A DNA stretch of 48,336 nucleotides from Thermoproteus sp. (GTDB lineage Archaea; Thermoproteota; Thermoprotei; Thermoproteales; Thermoproteaceae): positions 1 to 48,336 of the forward strand of contig JBMFIG010000010.1 of the NCBI GenBank assembly GCA_049976425.1, written 5' to 3'. Below are positions 9,740 to 18,299 of this stretch, one piece after another. Position 1 is the stretch's first letter, and every line of letters starts with the position of its first letter. Position numbers and translations under genes: made by a program. Below the pieces are notes generated by a model, which worked only from the letters and a program-made list of their open reading frames with translations, was not told the DNA's origin and searched no databases.

Positions 9740-10422
9740 TAGTGCGCAGGGCCCGGCCGGAGGACGTCCCGGCCGTGGCTGAGTTCACGAGGAACACGTG
9801 GGAGTGGGGCGACTACGTCCACAGAGAGTTCCCCGGCTGGGTGTCCGACGGCACGGCGTACGTCGCCGAGCTCGACGGGGTCGTGGTCGCCGCCGCCCGC
9901 ATGCTGGTAGTGGGCGGCACGGCCTATTTCCAGGGGCTGAGAGTCCGTCCGGAGTACAGACGCAGAGGCGTCGGCAGGGCCGTCACAGAGCATCTAATAG
10001 ACGAGGCGAGGAGCGCGGGCGCCTCGCTGGCCACCCTTATTGTGGCCGAGTGGAATAAGCCGAGCATATCGCTCGTCCAGAAAGTCGGCTTCGAGCCGGT
10101 CCTGGAGCTCTGGGGCGGCGTCCCCGAACGCGCGGAGCCGTCGAGGTGTCTAGAGGGCCGGGAGGCCGAGGAGGCCCTCGAGGAGGCCTTGGGCCGCACC
10201 GGCGGCTTCGCGTGCCTCCCCGACGATCCTTGGATCTGCGTGCGGGCCACCGCCGGGCTGTTGCTCGAGAGGGCCAGGCCCTGCGTGGGGGACGGCCTCT
10301 ACGTCGGCCGTTTCTCCTTCGGCTCGGCCAGGGTCGACTCGCAGGGGGACGTGACCGCTCTAAGGCCTGAGGGGTTCGCCAAGCTCTACGGCAAGTACAT
10401 CCTCTTCGCGTACCGGCTGTAG
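9736..10422 (+). CDS. GNAT family N-acetyltransferase
   Basis: 'LRVRPEYRRRGVG' acetyl-CoA motif A and 'WNKPSISLVQKVGF'; ATGA overlap with tusA. Confidence 0.85.
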   Translation: MIVRRARPEDVPAVAEFTRNTWEWGDYVHREFPGWVSDGTAYVAELDGVVVAAARMLVVGGTAYFQGLRVRPEYRRRGVGRAVTEHLIDEARSAGASLATLIVAEWNKPSISLVQKVGFEPVLELWGGVPERAEPSRCLEGREAEEALEEALGRTGGFACLPDDPWICVRATAGLLLERARPCVGDGLYVGRFSFGSARVDSQGDVTALRPEGFAKLYGKYILFAYRL

Positions 10423-10475
10423 GGGCTCAGCCGCCTTGTGGTAGAAACGTTAAATTACGGCATGAACCGCCCTAC

Positions 10476-10730
10476 GTGCAACTCGTCGAGGGAGAGTGCG
10501 TCGACGTTGCGGCGGTGACTCTAAGGCTGAAGACATATATCCAGCAGATGGTGGGATTCCTGCCGCCGAATTTCAGGGTCGTGAAGGCCGAGAAGGACGG
10601 CGGCGTCTGGAAGGTGGAGATATACTTCGTCTATATATCGGCCGTGTTGGGAGTGCCGCCTAGGGAGATCAAGGCCGTGGCCACCGTGGACGAGAAATGC
10701 CGCATCCTCGATTACAGAGAGGCGCAGTGA
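10476..10730 (+). CDS. Small hypothetical protein, candidate antitoxin (PepSY-like pattern)
   Basis: 84 aa with GTG start after TTAAAT; GTGA overlap with the downstream PIN gene. Confidence 0.65.
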   Translation: MQLVEGECVDVAAVTLRLKTYIQQMVGFLPPNFRVVKAEKDGGVWKVEIYFVYISAVLGVPPREIKAVATVDEKCRILDYREAQ

Positions 10731-11170
10731 TAGACACAGGCTTGCTGGCCGCGCGCATATTGTACCAGATAGGGGCGTTGCGCCAGGCGGTGGAGCTCGG
10801 CGGGGATGCGGGCATCGGCGAGGATCTCTGGCTCTGCGCTCTGATGGCCATAAGCCGCGCGAAGCTCTACACGACGCCCTCAGCGTTGGCCGAGGCCCTC
10901 GAGGGGCTGGTGTCCAGGCGGTGGCCGTATGCAACAGACGCGGCCAGAGCCGCGGTCCTCCAGCTCAACTCTTCGGGAGATCTGGAAGAGGTCCACGTGC
11001 CTAAAGCCGGCTTGTTCCCCAGCCCGCTGGGCCTCGTGGACGAATCGCTCGTCGCCGCCTCCTCGACCTTGGGCGTGCCGCTGGTGACGTACGACATGGG
11101 GCTGTGGCAGTACGCCCGGACGAGGACAGAGGTCTTGACTATATATGAGCTGTGTACCGGCGGGCTTTAG
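10727..11170 (+). CDS. PIN domain (VapC-like) ribonuclease
   Basis: Four acidic PIN positions recognisable: 'VIDTG', 'TTPSALAE', 'LVDESLVAAS', 'LVTYD'. Confidence 0.7.
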   Translation: MIDTGLLAARILYQIGALRQAVELGGDAGIGEDLWLCALMAISRAKLYTTPSALAEALEGLVSRRWPYATDAARAAVLQLNSSGDLEEVHVPKAGLFPSPLGLVDESLVAASSTLGVPLVTYDMGLWQYARTRTEVLTIYELCTGGL

Positions 11171-11180
11171 CGTAAATCCT

Positions 11181-12194
11181 TTATTTATATTTCAATAGAT
11201 CTAGATACTTATATATATCATCTGGAAACACCATCAGATAGACGCCTTCGGACCTACGCCGTAGGTATTCGAAGTAGACGGCGCCGGAGCTCAGGCCTGC
11301 GAGGAGGCCGTATCTTCTGGCCAGCGTCTTGACCCCCTCCAGCGCCTGCTCGAAAGAGACGTCCACGACCTCGGCCGGGATATACTTTATCCACTTCATT
11401 CCGCTCTCGGTCCTCCTCAGGCCGGGTATCCAGTCGCTGGGCTGGACCGCTACGAGCCTGGCGCCGTACTTAACGCCGAAGTAGAAGCCCAGAGCCGCCG
11501 AGTGGCCCGACGTGCCGGCGCCCGCTATGACGTAGCTCGGCTTGATCCCCCTCGACGAGAGTTGCCAGTCTATCTCGGCGGCGGTCCGTATATGCATGAA
11601 GAAGTTCGCGTCGTTCTCGAACTGGTTTGTGTGGACCGCGCCCTTTGCGACGTCGCCCTTGATGTGCTCGAGGGCCTCTATGGTCATCGTGACGTCCAGC
11701 ACCTCGTGCTCGACCCCCAAGACGTCCAGCACGGGCTCCACGTACCTTGCGGCCGAGGGGAGGTATATCTTGACCTTCTTCCCGAGGAGGATCCCCAAGA
11801 CGCCGAGCGCGATGGCGACGTTGCCGCTGGAAACCTCAACGAGCCTATCCCCCTCGACGGATTTCACCAAGGCGTAGGTCGTCCTGTCCTTGATGCTTCT
11901 GCTGAACGGGTTGTACCACTCGAGCTTGGCCCACGCCTCCCTGGGGGCCTCCCCGACCTTCAACAGAGGCGTAGGCCAGCCCCTCAACAACAGATCCAGA
12001 GGCGTGTCGTAGACGCGGCGGGCATCCGGCTGGGGGTAGAGGTCCTCTACCCTCAACGTCTCGCCGGCCCTTACCTCTCTGAGGAACAACGCCGAGAAGC
12101 AGTCCGCAGAAGCCCCGTCGGCTATGTAGCGCCCCTCTCTGACGAACTTCTCGATGTGTGGCAGACACTCGAGCACCCCGGCATGCCCCCGCAC
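11181..12194 (-). CDS. cysO: PLP-dependent cysteine synthase, O-phosphoserine sulfhydrylase type, with N-terminal extension
   Basis: 'PTPL', 'KLEWYNPFSRSIKDR', 'EVSSGN', 'GAGTSGH' and 'IPGLRR' resemble Aeropyrum OPSS. Start set at GTG 12194; the AT-rich upstream part of the ORF is unlikely to be coding. Confidence 0.8.
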   Translation of the reverse strand: MRGHAGVLECLPHIEKFVREGRYIADGASADCFSALFLREVRAGETLRVEDLYPQPDARRVYDTPLDLLLRGWPTPLLKVGEAPREAWAKLEWYNPFSRSIKDRTTYALVKSVEGDRLVEVSSGNVAIALGVLGILLGKKVKIYLPSAARYVEPVLDVLGVEHEVLDVTMTIEALEHIKGDVAKGAVHTNQFENDANFFMHIRTAAEIDWQLSSRGIKPSYVIAGAGTSGHSAALGFYFGVKYGARLVAVQPSDWIPGLRRTESGMKWIKYIPAEVVDVSFEQALEGVKTLARRYGLLAGLSSGAVYFEYLRRRSEGVYLMVFPDDIYKYLDLLKYK

Positions 12195-12297
12195 TCGCGC
12201 CTCCCTTAAAAATATTGTGTGTACAAAAATAGCACTTTGCGAAAAATTTAATATATAGACTCGATTGTGCATACATGTGTACGCCTCCGAGCAAAGT

Positions 12298-12324
12298 AAA
12301 GAAGGAAGAGAAGAAAGAGAAAAC
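12298..12324 (-). terminator. Polypyrimidine/oligo-T tract downstream of the HerA-like gene
   Basis: Minus strand reads as a long T/C run (TTTTCTCTTTCTTCTCTTCCTTCTTT), typical of archaeal intrinsic terminators. Confidence 0.4.
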
Positions 12325-12410
12325 AAATTAATAACTCAATTAAAGTAGTAAATTCATAACTATATTTATTTTTCTTATGTTTGTAACCGATCCCATGTGA
12401 GCATATCCCC

Positions 12411-13775
12411 CTAGACCTCCCTTATCCTCAACAGTATGGGCTTCCTCAACGGGTTCATGAGACCCGTGACGAAGAACTCCCTGGGCTGTAGCTGGGTCAA
12501 GACGCCTTCGCTCACGTCCGCCAGGTCTAAATAGGCCGAGATCTCCCTCAGATCGGTCGGCGCCGTCAATCTGCTGAAGAAGACTGTCCCCAGATTCGCC
12601 CTTATCGAGGGGTCTATGTCCCCCGCTATCCGTTGGCTCGCCAATATCACCGAGAGGCCCCACTTCCGCCCCTCTCTGGCGGTCGTCTCTATGGGGTCTT
12701 TCGATATGGCCCAGCCGGAGGGCGCGTAGTTCTGAGCCTCGTCTATGACGAAGACGGTCGGCCTAGGCTCTCTGGCCTTCCTCACCTCGGCCCACGCCTC
12801 CTCTATTATCGAGGCCACTATCGCTTGCTTGACGGCGAGGTCTGTGTCGTAGCTGAGATCTACGACGACCGGGTAAGGCCGGGAGTTCAGGACGTCGGCC
12901 GGGGACTTCACCCTCTTGTTCAACGCGGCGAAGAAGTCGGGGTCTACCAACTGCTTGATGAAGAGCTCGACCCTCTCGGTGGTCGTGTCGCGGGCGTTGA
13001 GCCTCTTCATGGTCCTCCTGACGTGGGCCAGATAGGCGTCCTTGCTCCACTGGCCTTCGAAGGTCATGGTGGCTATCTCGATATATTCCCCGTAGCTCTG
13101 CCAGGGAAGCTCGGCGAGCTTGGCTATGACGGACGCCAGGACGTTGGGCGGTATCCTTATCTCCGAGGACCTCACGACGTTGTCGTAGTAGGGGGCGTAG
13201 TCGACGCCCGTGTGGTCGAACACCACGACCCTGACGTCCCTCCTCGCCACCTCGCCCAGAAGGGCCCTGATAAGCCTGGACTTGCCCATGCCGGTGGCCC
13301 CGAACACCCCCACGTGGTGCGATAGGTAGGCCAAATCCAGCGGCACCTCCCAGCCCGAATATTTATGGACCCCCACCACCGCCGCCCTTTCGGGCGGAAC
13401 CCTCACCGGAGGGCCTCCCTTGAGGAGGAACACTCTGGAGCCGGGAGTGGGTATGTGCTCGACCTCTCTGAGCCCTCCGGAGGGGTCCAGCTCCACGTAC
13501 GGCTTCACCACGGCCGTCGTGTAGGGAAGCAAGACGCCGTAGTCCAGCATATCGGGCCTGTCCACATACGGCGTCCTTACCCTATCCCTGACTATCGGCT
13601 CCAGCTTCGTGATCCTGCGGAGGAACCCGACGACCACTACGTCCGGGTCGGCCGCGTCTCTGACGGCCACCATCTGCTCCTCTTGGGCGTATCGCTCCGC
13701 CTGTCTGTATATCTGGACCGGTATCGACGATATCGTGGCGCCGCTGACCACGAGCCCCAGCTCTATCGAAGACAC
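12411..13775 (-). CDS. HerA/FtsK-family ATPase (DUF87) with N-terminal beta-barrel
   Basis: 'HVGVFGATGMGKS' Walker A, 'VVVFDHTGVDY', 'FVIDEAQNYAP' Walker B and 'AREGRKWGLSVILASQR'. Confidence 0.9.
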   Translation of the reverse strand: MSSIELGLVVSGATISSIPVQIYRQAERYAQEEQMVAVRDAADPDVVVVGFLRRITKLEPIVRDRVRTPYVDRPDMLDYGVLLPYTTAVVKPYVELDPSGGLREVEHIPTPGSRVFLLKGGPPVRVPPERAAVVGVHKYSGWEVPLDLAYLSHHVGVFGATGMGKSRLIRALLGEVARRDVRVVVFDHTGVDYAPYYDNVVRSSEIRIPPNVLASVIAKLAELPWQSYGEYIEIATMTFEGQWSKDAYLAHVRRTMKRLNARDTTTERVELFIKQLVDPDFFAALNKRVKSPADVLNSRPYPVVVDLSYDTDLAVKQAIVASIIEEAWAEVRKAREPRPTVFVIDEAQNYAPSGWAISKDPIETTAREGRKWGLSVILASQRIAGDIDPSIRANLGTVFFSRLTAPTDLREISAYLDLADVSEGVLTQLQPREFFVTGLMNPLRKPILLRIREV

Positions 13776-13810
13776 TAGAGCTACGCCGCCTCGTTATTAA
13801 AGGTAATGCG

Positions 13811-14446
13811 CTACAACAACTGGACCTCTATGGAGACGGGATCCCCGTCGTTGAGGGCCAAGGCGTCCCTCAATCTGACCGGCGCGATTATCTCGACGAC
13901 CTCCGGCCCGTGGTGGGTCCTCTCTATGACCAGCAAGGCGCAGTCTATCCCGCCGACCTTGCACTTGAACGCCTTGACGTTGCCGTACGTCCTCACGCCG
14001 TCCGAGAAGCCCTTTATCGATATGCCGGGGAGGGCCTCGAGGTAGCGCCTATATATGAGGCTGTCCGCCGTCAGGACGACGTTTAGGGTGCCGGGATACG
14101 GCGTGAAGCCCAGCTTCTCCTCGATCTGCCTTCGGTAGCCCTCCAGCGATACGTAGAAGGCCCCCTCGCCGAGGCCCCTCGCCACGTAGCCCTCGAGCCG
14201 TATGCCCGACATGCCGAAATACGCCATGAGGCCCCTCAACGCCTCCTTCAGAACCTCGCGGCCGGCCTCGGCGATTTTTATGTAGGGGCCCTCCTCCACA
14301 TATCCAGCGGCCCTCAGCCTCCTCAACGCCTTGTGGAGGCCCTGCCTCGATATGCCCAAGGCCTTGGCCGCCTCAGACGGCGATAGGCCCTCCACCCCGG
14401 CCAACGCAATTAGGTAGCCGAGTATTACGGGCCTCCGCCTAGCCAT
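13811..14446 (-). CDS. ribK: CTP-dependent riboflavin kinase with N-terminal wHTH (RbkR)
   Basis: HTH 'SPSEAAKALGISRQGLHKALRRL' plus kinase motifs 'GLGEGAFYV', 'GFTPYPGTLNV', 'ERTHH' and 'EIIAPVRLR'. Confidence 0.9.
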   Translation of the reverse strand: MARRRPVILGYLIALAGVEGLSPSEAAKALGISRQGLHKALRRLRAAGYVEEGPYIKIAEAGREVLKEALRGLMAYFGMSGIRLEGYVARGLGEGAFYVSLEGYRRQIEEKLGFTPYPGTLNVVLTADSLIYRRYLEALPGISIKGFSDGVRTYGNVKAFKCKVGGIDCALLVIERTHHGPEVVEIIAPVRLRDALALNDGDPVSIEVQLL

Positions 14447-14985
14447 ATCCTCGCGAGGGTTGCCAAGGCCAGGTCGTTCACTACCTCGGCCCTATTCACC
14501 GCCTCGGCCAGGCTGGGGCCCACCGCGACTACGCCGTGTCTTTTCATTATCGCCACGTTGGACTTGGCGAGGGCCTCCGCCACGGCCTCAGCCAGCTCCC
14601 AAGTCCCGGGCTTAATCGGCGGCACCACCGCTATCCCTCCTCCGAGGTACGACTCGCTCTCCAGGAGGAGCTCTGCCTCTATCCTCTCGGCGAGGACCGT
14701 CGGCAGTACCGCGTGGGTGTGGACCACGGCCGCCACGTCCGGCCTCCGCCTGTATATCGCCACGTGCATCCTCCACTCCGACGACGGCGCCCTCTCGCCC
14801 TTGACCACCCTGCCGTCTAGATCTATGTAGACGAGGTCCGAGGGCCTCAGAAGGGGCTTGGGCGCCGACGTGGGCGTTATGACGACGAGGTCGCCGAGCC
14901 TGGCGCTGATGTTGCCGCTGAGGAGGGTGGTCTGGCCCCTCAGATAGAGCAGTCTGTAGTACTCGACTATCTCCTCCTCTATCAC
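14425..14985 (-). CDS. Class II aldolase/adducin family protein (FucA/MtnB-like)
   Basis: 'SGNIS', 'PSSEWRMHVAIY', 'VVHTH' and 'MKRHG' Zn ligands; GTG start overlaps the GGR stop. Confidence 0.9.
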   Translation of the reverse strand: MIEEEIVEYYRLLYLRGQTTLLSGNISARLGDLVVITPTSAPKPLLRPSDLVYIDLDGRVVKGERAPSSEWRMHVAIYRRRPDVAAVVHTHAVLPTVLAERIEAELLLESESYLGGGIAVVPPIKPGTWELAEAVAEALAKSNVAIMKRHGVVAVGPSLAEAVNRAEVVNDLALATLARIWLGGGP

Positions 14986-16343
14986 GTCGGCATCGGGCCG
15001 AGCCCTATCTTCCTGCGGTACTCCCCGTAGGCCTCCATAACCCTCTCGTGCCATCTGTCCAAGCCCTCGGGGCTCCTCGGGTAGTCCAGATACATATCGC
15101 CTATCCTCTTGGCGTACTGCATGGCGTTGTACAGCTTCATCAAGAGGCCGGGCCTCGTTGCGAACTGCAACGCTATCCTCATCTTGTCGACGACCGAGAG
15201 AGTCACGCCGCGCGACGATATGTCCAAGACGTCCTCCTCGGTCAGCAACTTCCGGGAGAGGCCGAAGTTCAGGTCGTCGTTGTCGAGCGTCTGGAGCATC
15301 AGCCTTATCACGTCGAGCTGGGCCTGTCTATAGCCCCACTCGTTCATGTAGTCCAAGTTGTAGCCCCAGAGCGCCGCCGCGTCGAACCTCCCCTGCGAGA
15401 AGGCCCCCTCTATGGCCTTGGCCGCCAGCTCGCCGGTCAGCAAGGCCTGCCCGATGCCCCCTCCGTGTAGCGGGTTGACCGCGGCGGCCGCGTCGCCCAC
15501 AGCCAGTATCCCGTTGCCCACCAGCGACTTGAGGGGACGGCGCGTCGGTATAAACCCGCCGCCCATGTGGACTTTCTCCTTTATCTTGTACCGGGGCTCC
15601 AGATACTTCTTGTAGTTCGCGTTGGGGTTTATCTTCAAGACGCCCCATATGCCCAGCCCCACGTTGACGAAGTTGGAGGAGTAGGGGAAGTCCCACCAGT
15701 AGCCTCCCGGCGATATGGTCTGGTCCAAGTAGATCTTGATATACTGGGGGTTCTCCACCGAGTCCTCTATGTAGAAGACCTCCCTATAGGCGTGGGAGAC
15801 GTCCTCGGGGTGGAGCCTCTCGGAGATGGGCCACGTGTCGGGGAGCTTGGTCCTGATAACGCCGACGGAGCCCGACGCGTCGACGACTACCTTGGCCCTG
15901 AACTCCTTGTGCACTCCCTGTCGGTTGTCGGTGGCCTTCACGCCGACTACGTAGCCGTTCTCCAATATCGGCGCGACCGCGGTGTGGCCCTCGAAGAACG
16001 CGGCGCCTGCGTTGACGGCCTCCTTCACGAGCCACTTGCCCCAGTTGAAGCGGTCGAGCATGTAGCCCTCGCCGGCTATGACGTACTTAGTCCTCATGTC
16101 GGGGCTGAAGAGCTCGACGCCCTTTATCTCGTTGACAAATATCTTGGGGTTAGGCGTGAGGAAGCGGGCCATCCTATCGACGTGGTGTTTGCCCAGAGCA
16201 TCTCCGCAGGTCTTGACGCCGACCTTATCGCCGCTCTTGGAGTCCATGAAGGCCACCTTGAAGCCCCTCTTGGCGAGGTTGTAGGCGGTGTAGGCGCCGG
16301 CCGTGCCAGCGCCGACGACCACCACGTCGAACGATTCGGACAT
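14982..16343 (-). CDS. Digeranylgeranylglycerophospholipid (geranylgeranyl) reductase
   Basis: 'VVVGAGTAG' FAD motif, 'KTCGD', 'PGGYWWDFP' (YxWxFP) and 'VGDAAAAVNPLHGGGI'. Confidence 0.9.
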   Translation of the reverse strand: MSESFDVVVVGAGTAGAYTAYNLAKRGFKVAFMDSKSGDKVGVKTCGDALGKHHVDRMARFLTPNPKIFVNEIKGVELFSPDMRTKYVIAGEGYMLDRFNWGKWLVKEAVNAGAAFFEGHTAVAPILENGYVVGVKATDNRQGVHKEFRAKVVVDASGSVGVIRTKLPDTWPISERLHPEDVSHAYREVFYIEDSVENPQYIKIYLDQTISPGGYWWDFPYSSNFVNVGLGIWGVLKINPNANYKKYLEPRYKIKEKVHMGGGFIPTRRPLKSLVGNGILAVGDAAAAVNPLHGGGIGQALLTGELAAKAIEGAFSQGRFDAAALWGYNLDYMNEWGYRQAQLDVIRLMLQTLDNDDLNFGLSRKLLTEEDVLDISSRGVTLSVVDKMRIALQFATRPGLLMKLYNAMQYAKRIGDMYLDYPRSPEGLDRWHERVMEAYGEYRRKIGLGPMPT

Positions 16344-16427
16344 GGCTCCACAACCCATTCCCTATTTAAAGCCTTGCTCCTCCGGTATCACGCAACCACT
16401 GATTTTAATACGGGCCCGGCCTCAGTC

Positions 16428-16835
16428 GTGACGAGCCCTAAAGCGAAGGGCGCATCCAAGGAGAGGTCCATAGCCAACCTGCTGTGGGAGAGGGGCTGCG
16501 CCGTGTTGCGCGGCTGCTCCTCGGGGGGAGGCGTGAGGAAGAGGTTCGTGCCCGACGTGGTGGCGATCTGTAGAGGCAGGGTCCTAGTCATGGAGCTCAA
16601 ATATAGGGCGAAGAGATCCGCCATAAGGATAGAGGCGGAGAAGGTGGAGGGCCTTCTGGACTTCGCGTCGCGGGCCGGCGGCAAGGCGTACGTCCTGGCC
16701 AAATTCGGCAGAGGGCCGTGGAAGGTCTTCGAGGTCAAGGAGCCGGGCGGCTTCTCGATAAACGGCGATATGTACGACGCTGCGCCTGAGCTGGACCACC
16801 TCCTCGCCTCGATCTTCAACAAACAATTGATATAA
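16428..16835 (+). CDS. hjc: Holliday junction resolvase Hjc
   Basis: 'KGASKERSIANLL', 'AVLRGCSSG', 'PDVVA' and 'MELK' PD-(D/E)xK motifs; GTG start after TTTTAATA. Confidence 0.9.
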   Translation: MTSPKAKGASKERSIANLLWERGCAVLRGCSSGGGVRKRFVPDVVAICRGRVLVMELKYRAKRSAIRIEAEKVEGLLDFASRAGGKAYVLAKFGRGPWKVFEVKEPGGFSINGDMYDAAPELDHLLASIFNKQLI

Positions 16836-16855
16836 GGCCGACCGGAGGAGGAGGC

Positions 16856-17092
16856 GTGGAGGACGTCAACGCGCTTCTGGAGCTCGTGAAGGCGAAGGCC
16901 AAAGAGCCGTTGAAATACGCCAAGGTCATCTACGACCCCAAAAACAAGACGTACCGCCTCAAGCTCGTGTTGCTCAAGCCCATGCCCTTCTCGACGCTTA
17001 AGGAGATAGCGGCGGCCGCGGAGGCTAGGGGGTACCAGGTGTCCATATACGCCCCCCACGCCCGCGCCATACGCCTAGATCTGAAGAAATAG
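16856..17092 (+). CDS. Small basic hypothetical protein
   Basis: 78 aa with GGAGG RBS before the GTG start; codon usage like its neighbours. Confidence 0.75.
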   Translation: MEDVNALLELVKAKAKEPLKYAKVIYDPKNKTYRLKLVLLKPMPFSTLKEIAAAAEARGYQVSIYAPHARAIRLDLKK

Positions 17093-17130
17093 CCAGGGGA
17101 TAACTTATAAAGCGGCATTCGGGAGCCGAT

Positions 17131-17814
17131 ATGCAGTTGAGGTGGTTCGGCCACTCGTTCTTCCTGGTCGAGGCGGGCTCCCTGAAGATATTGATAGATC
17201 CGTGGGCCACCCACCCGCTCTCGCCAACCACCGTGGAGGAGGTGGTCGGGTTGCGCCCGAACTATATACTCGTTACACACGACCACCTGGACCACCTAGG
17301 CGAGTCCGTCGACATCTCTAAGAAAACCGGCGCGCCGATAGTCGGCACCTTCGAGCTCTCGTTGGAGGTCGCCGAGAAGGGGATCCCGGAGGCGCAGACC
17401 ATAGGGATGAACATAGGGGGCACCGTCAAGTTGGGGGACGGCGTGGAGGTGTACATGACGCCTGCGTTGCACACAGCCAATAGAGGCGCCCCGACGGGCT
17501 TCGTCATATCCACGCCGGAGGGCAACGTGTACCACGCCGGCGACACCGGCGTCTTCGGCGATATGGAGCTCATAGGCAGGATGTTCGACATAGACGTGGC
17601 TCTGCTCCCCATAGGGGGCTTCTACACCATGGGGCCCCGCGAGGCTACCTGGGCCGTCCAGCTCTTGAGGGCCAAGTCGGTCGTGCCCATGCACTACAAC
17701 ACCTTCCCGGTCATCAAACAAGACCCCGAGGACTTCAAGGCCAGGGTGGAGGCGGTGTCCAGCAGCAAGGTCTACGTGATGAAGCCCGGCGAGACGCTTA
17801 AGGTAAAGGGCTAG
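17131..17814 (+). CDS. UPF0173 metal-dependent hydrolase (metallo-beta-lactamase fold)
   Basis: 'WFGHS', 'LIDPW', 'THDHLDH', 'YHAGDT' and 'PMHYNTFP'. Confidence 0.92.
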   Translation: MQLRWFGHSFFLVEAGSLKILIDPWATHPLSPTTVEEVVGLRPNYILVTHDHLDHLGESVDISKKTGAPIVGTFELSLEVAEKGIPEAQTIGMNIGGTVKLGDGVEVYMTPALHTANRGAPTGFVISTPEGNVYHAGDTGVFGDMELIGRMFDIDVALLPIGGFYTMGPREATWAVQLLRAKSVVPMHYNTFPVIKQDPEDFKARVEAVSSSKVYVMKPGETLKVKG

Positions 17815-18299
17815 ACGACCTCGACCTCCCTATAGGCGTTGCAGACCAGCAGATCCACGGGCCCGCAGGCAGAGCACCCGTCGCATTTTAGGCGGCCGCG
17901 GAGGGCCTCCTCGACCCACGTCTGGTCGAAGCTGTCGGCGTTTAGGAATAGGCCCTCGGCGAGAGCGCCGTCGATCCTCTTAAGCTCTTCCCGGCTCTCC
18001 ACGAGGTAGTACCCCCGCGCCGCGGCTCCGGGCCTCAGCAGAGGCTTGACGCGCCTCCCTCTTATAGCCAGGCCGTCTACGAGTATCATCACGTCGGGCC
18101 TGACCTCCGCCGCCAGCCTCACCGCTACCTTGTTCTTGGTCCTCAAGGCCACGGCCGAGTAGGCCGATCTAAGCGCCTCCATGAGGCACGGCAGATCGTC
18201 GTCGACGTAGGGGATGACGTTGGGCTTTACGGCCTCGCAAATGGGGACGAGTAGGGGTAGGTCGGTCCTTATTATTTTCTCGGCATAAAGGCCTATCAC
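17811..18299 (-). CDS. Hypothetical protein with C-terminal CxxCxxC cluster
   Basis: 162 aa; GTGA overlap with the tbp stop; 'KCDGCSACGPVDLLVC'. Confidence 0.7.
   Translation of the reverse strand: MIGLYAEKIIRTDLPLLVPICEAVKPNVIPYVDDDLPCLMEALRSAYSAVALRTKNKVAVRLAAEVRPDVMILVDGLAIRGRRVKPLLRPGAAARGYYLVESREELKRIDGALAEGLFLNADSFDQTWVEEALRGRLKCDGCSACGPVDLLVCNAYREVEVV

Noticed and set aside
15567-16427. Long N-terminal extension of the 422-aa ORF containing hjc
   Set aside because: It is the antisense shadow of the GGR gene; Hjc motifs begin at GTG 16428 behind its own TATA.
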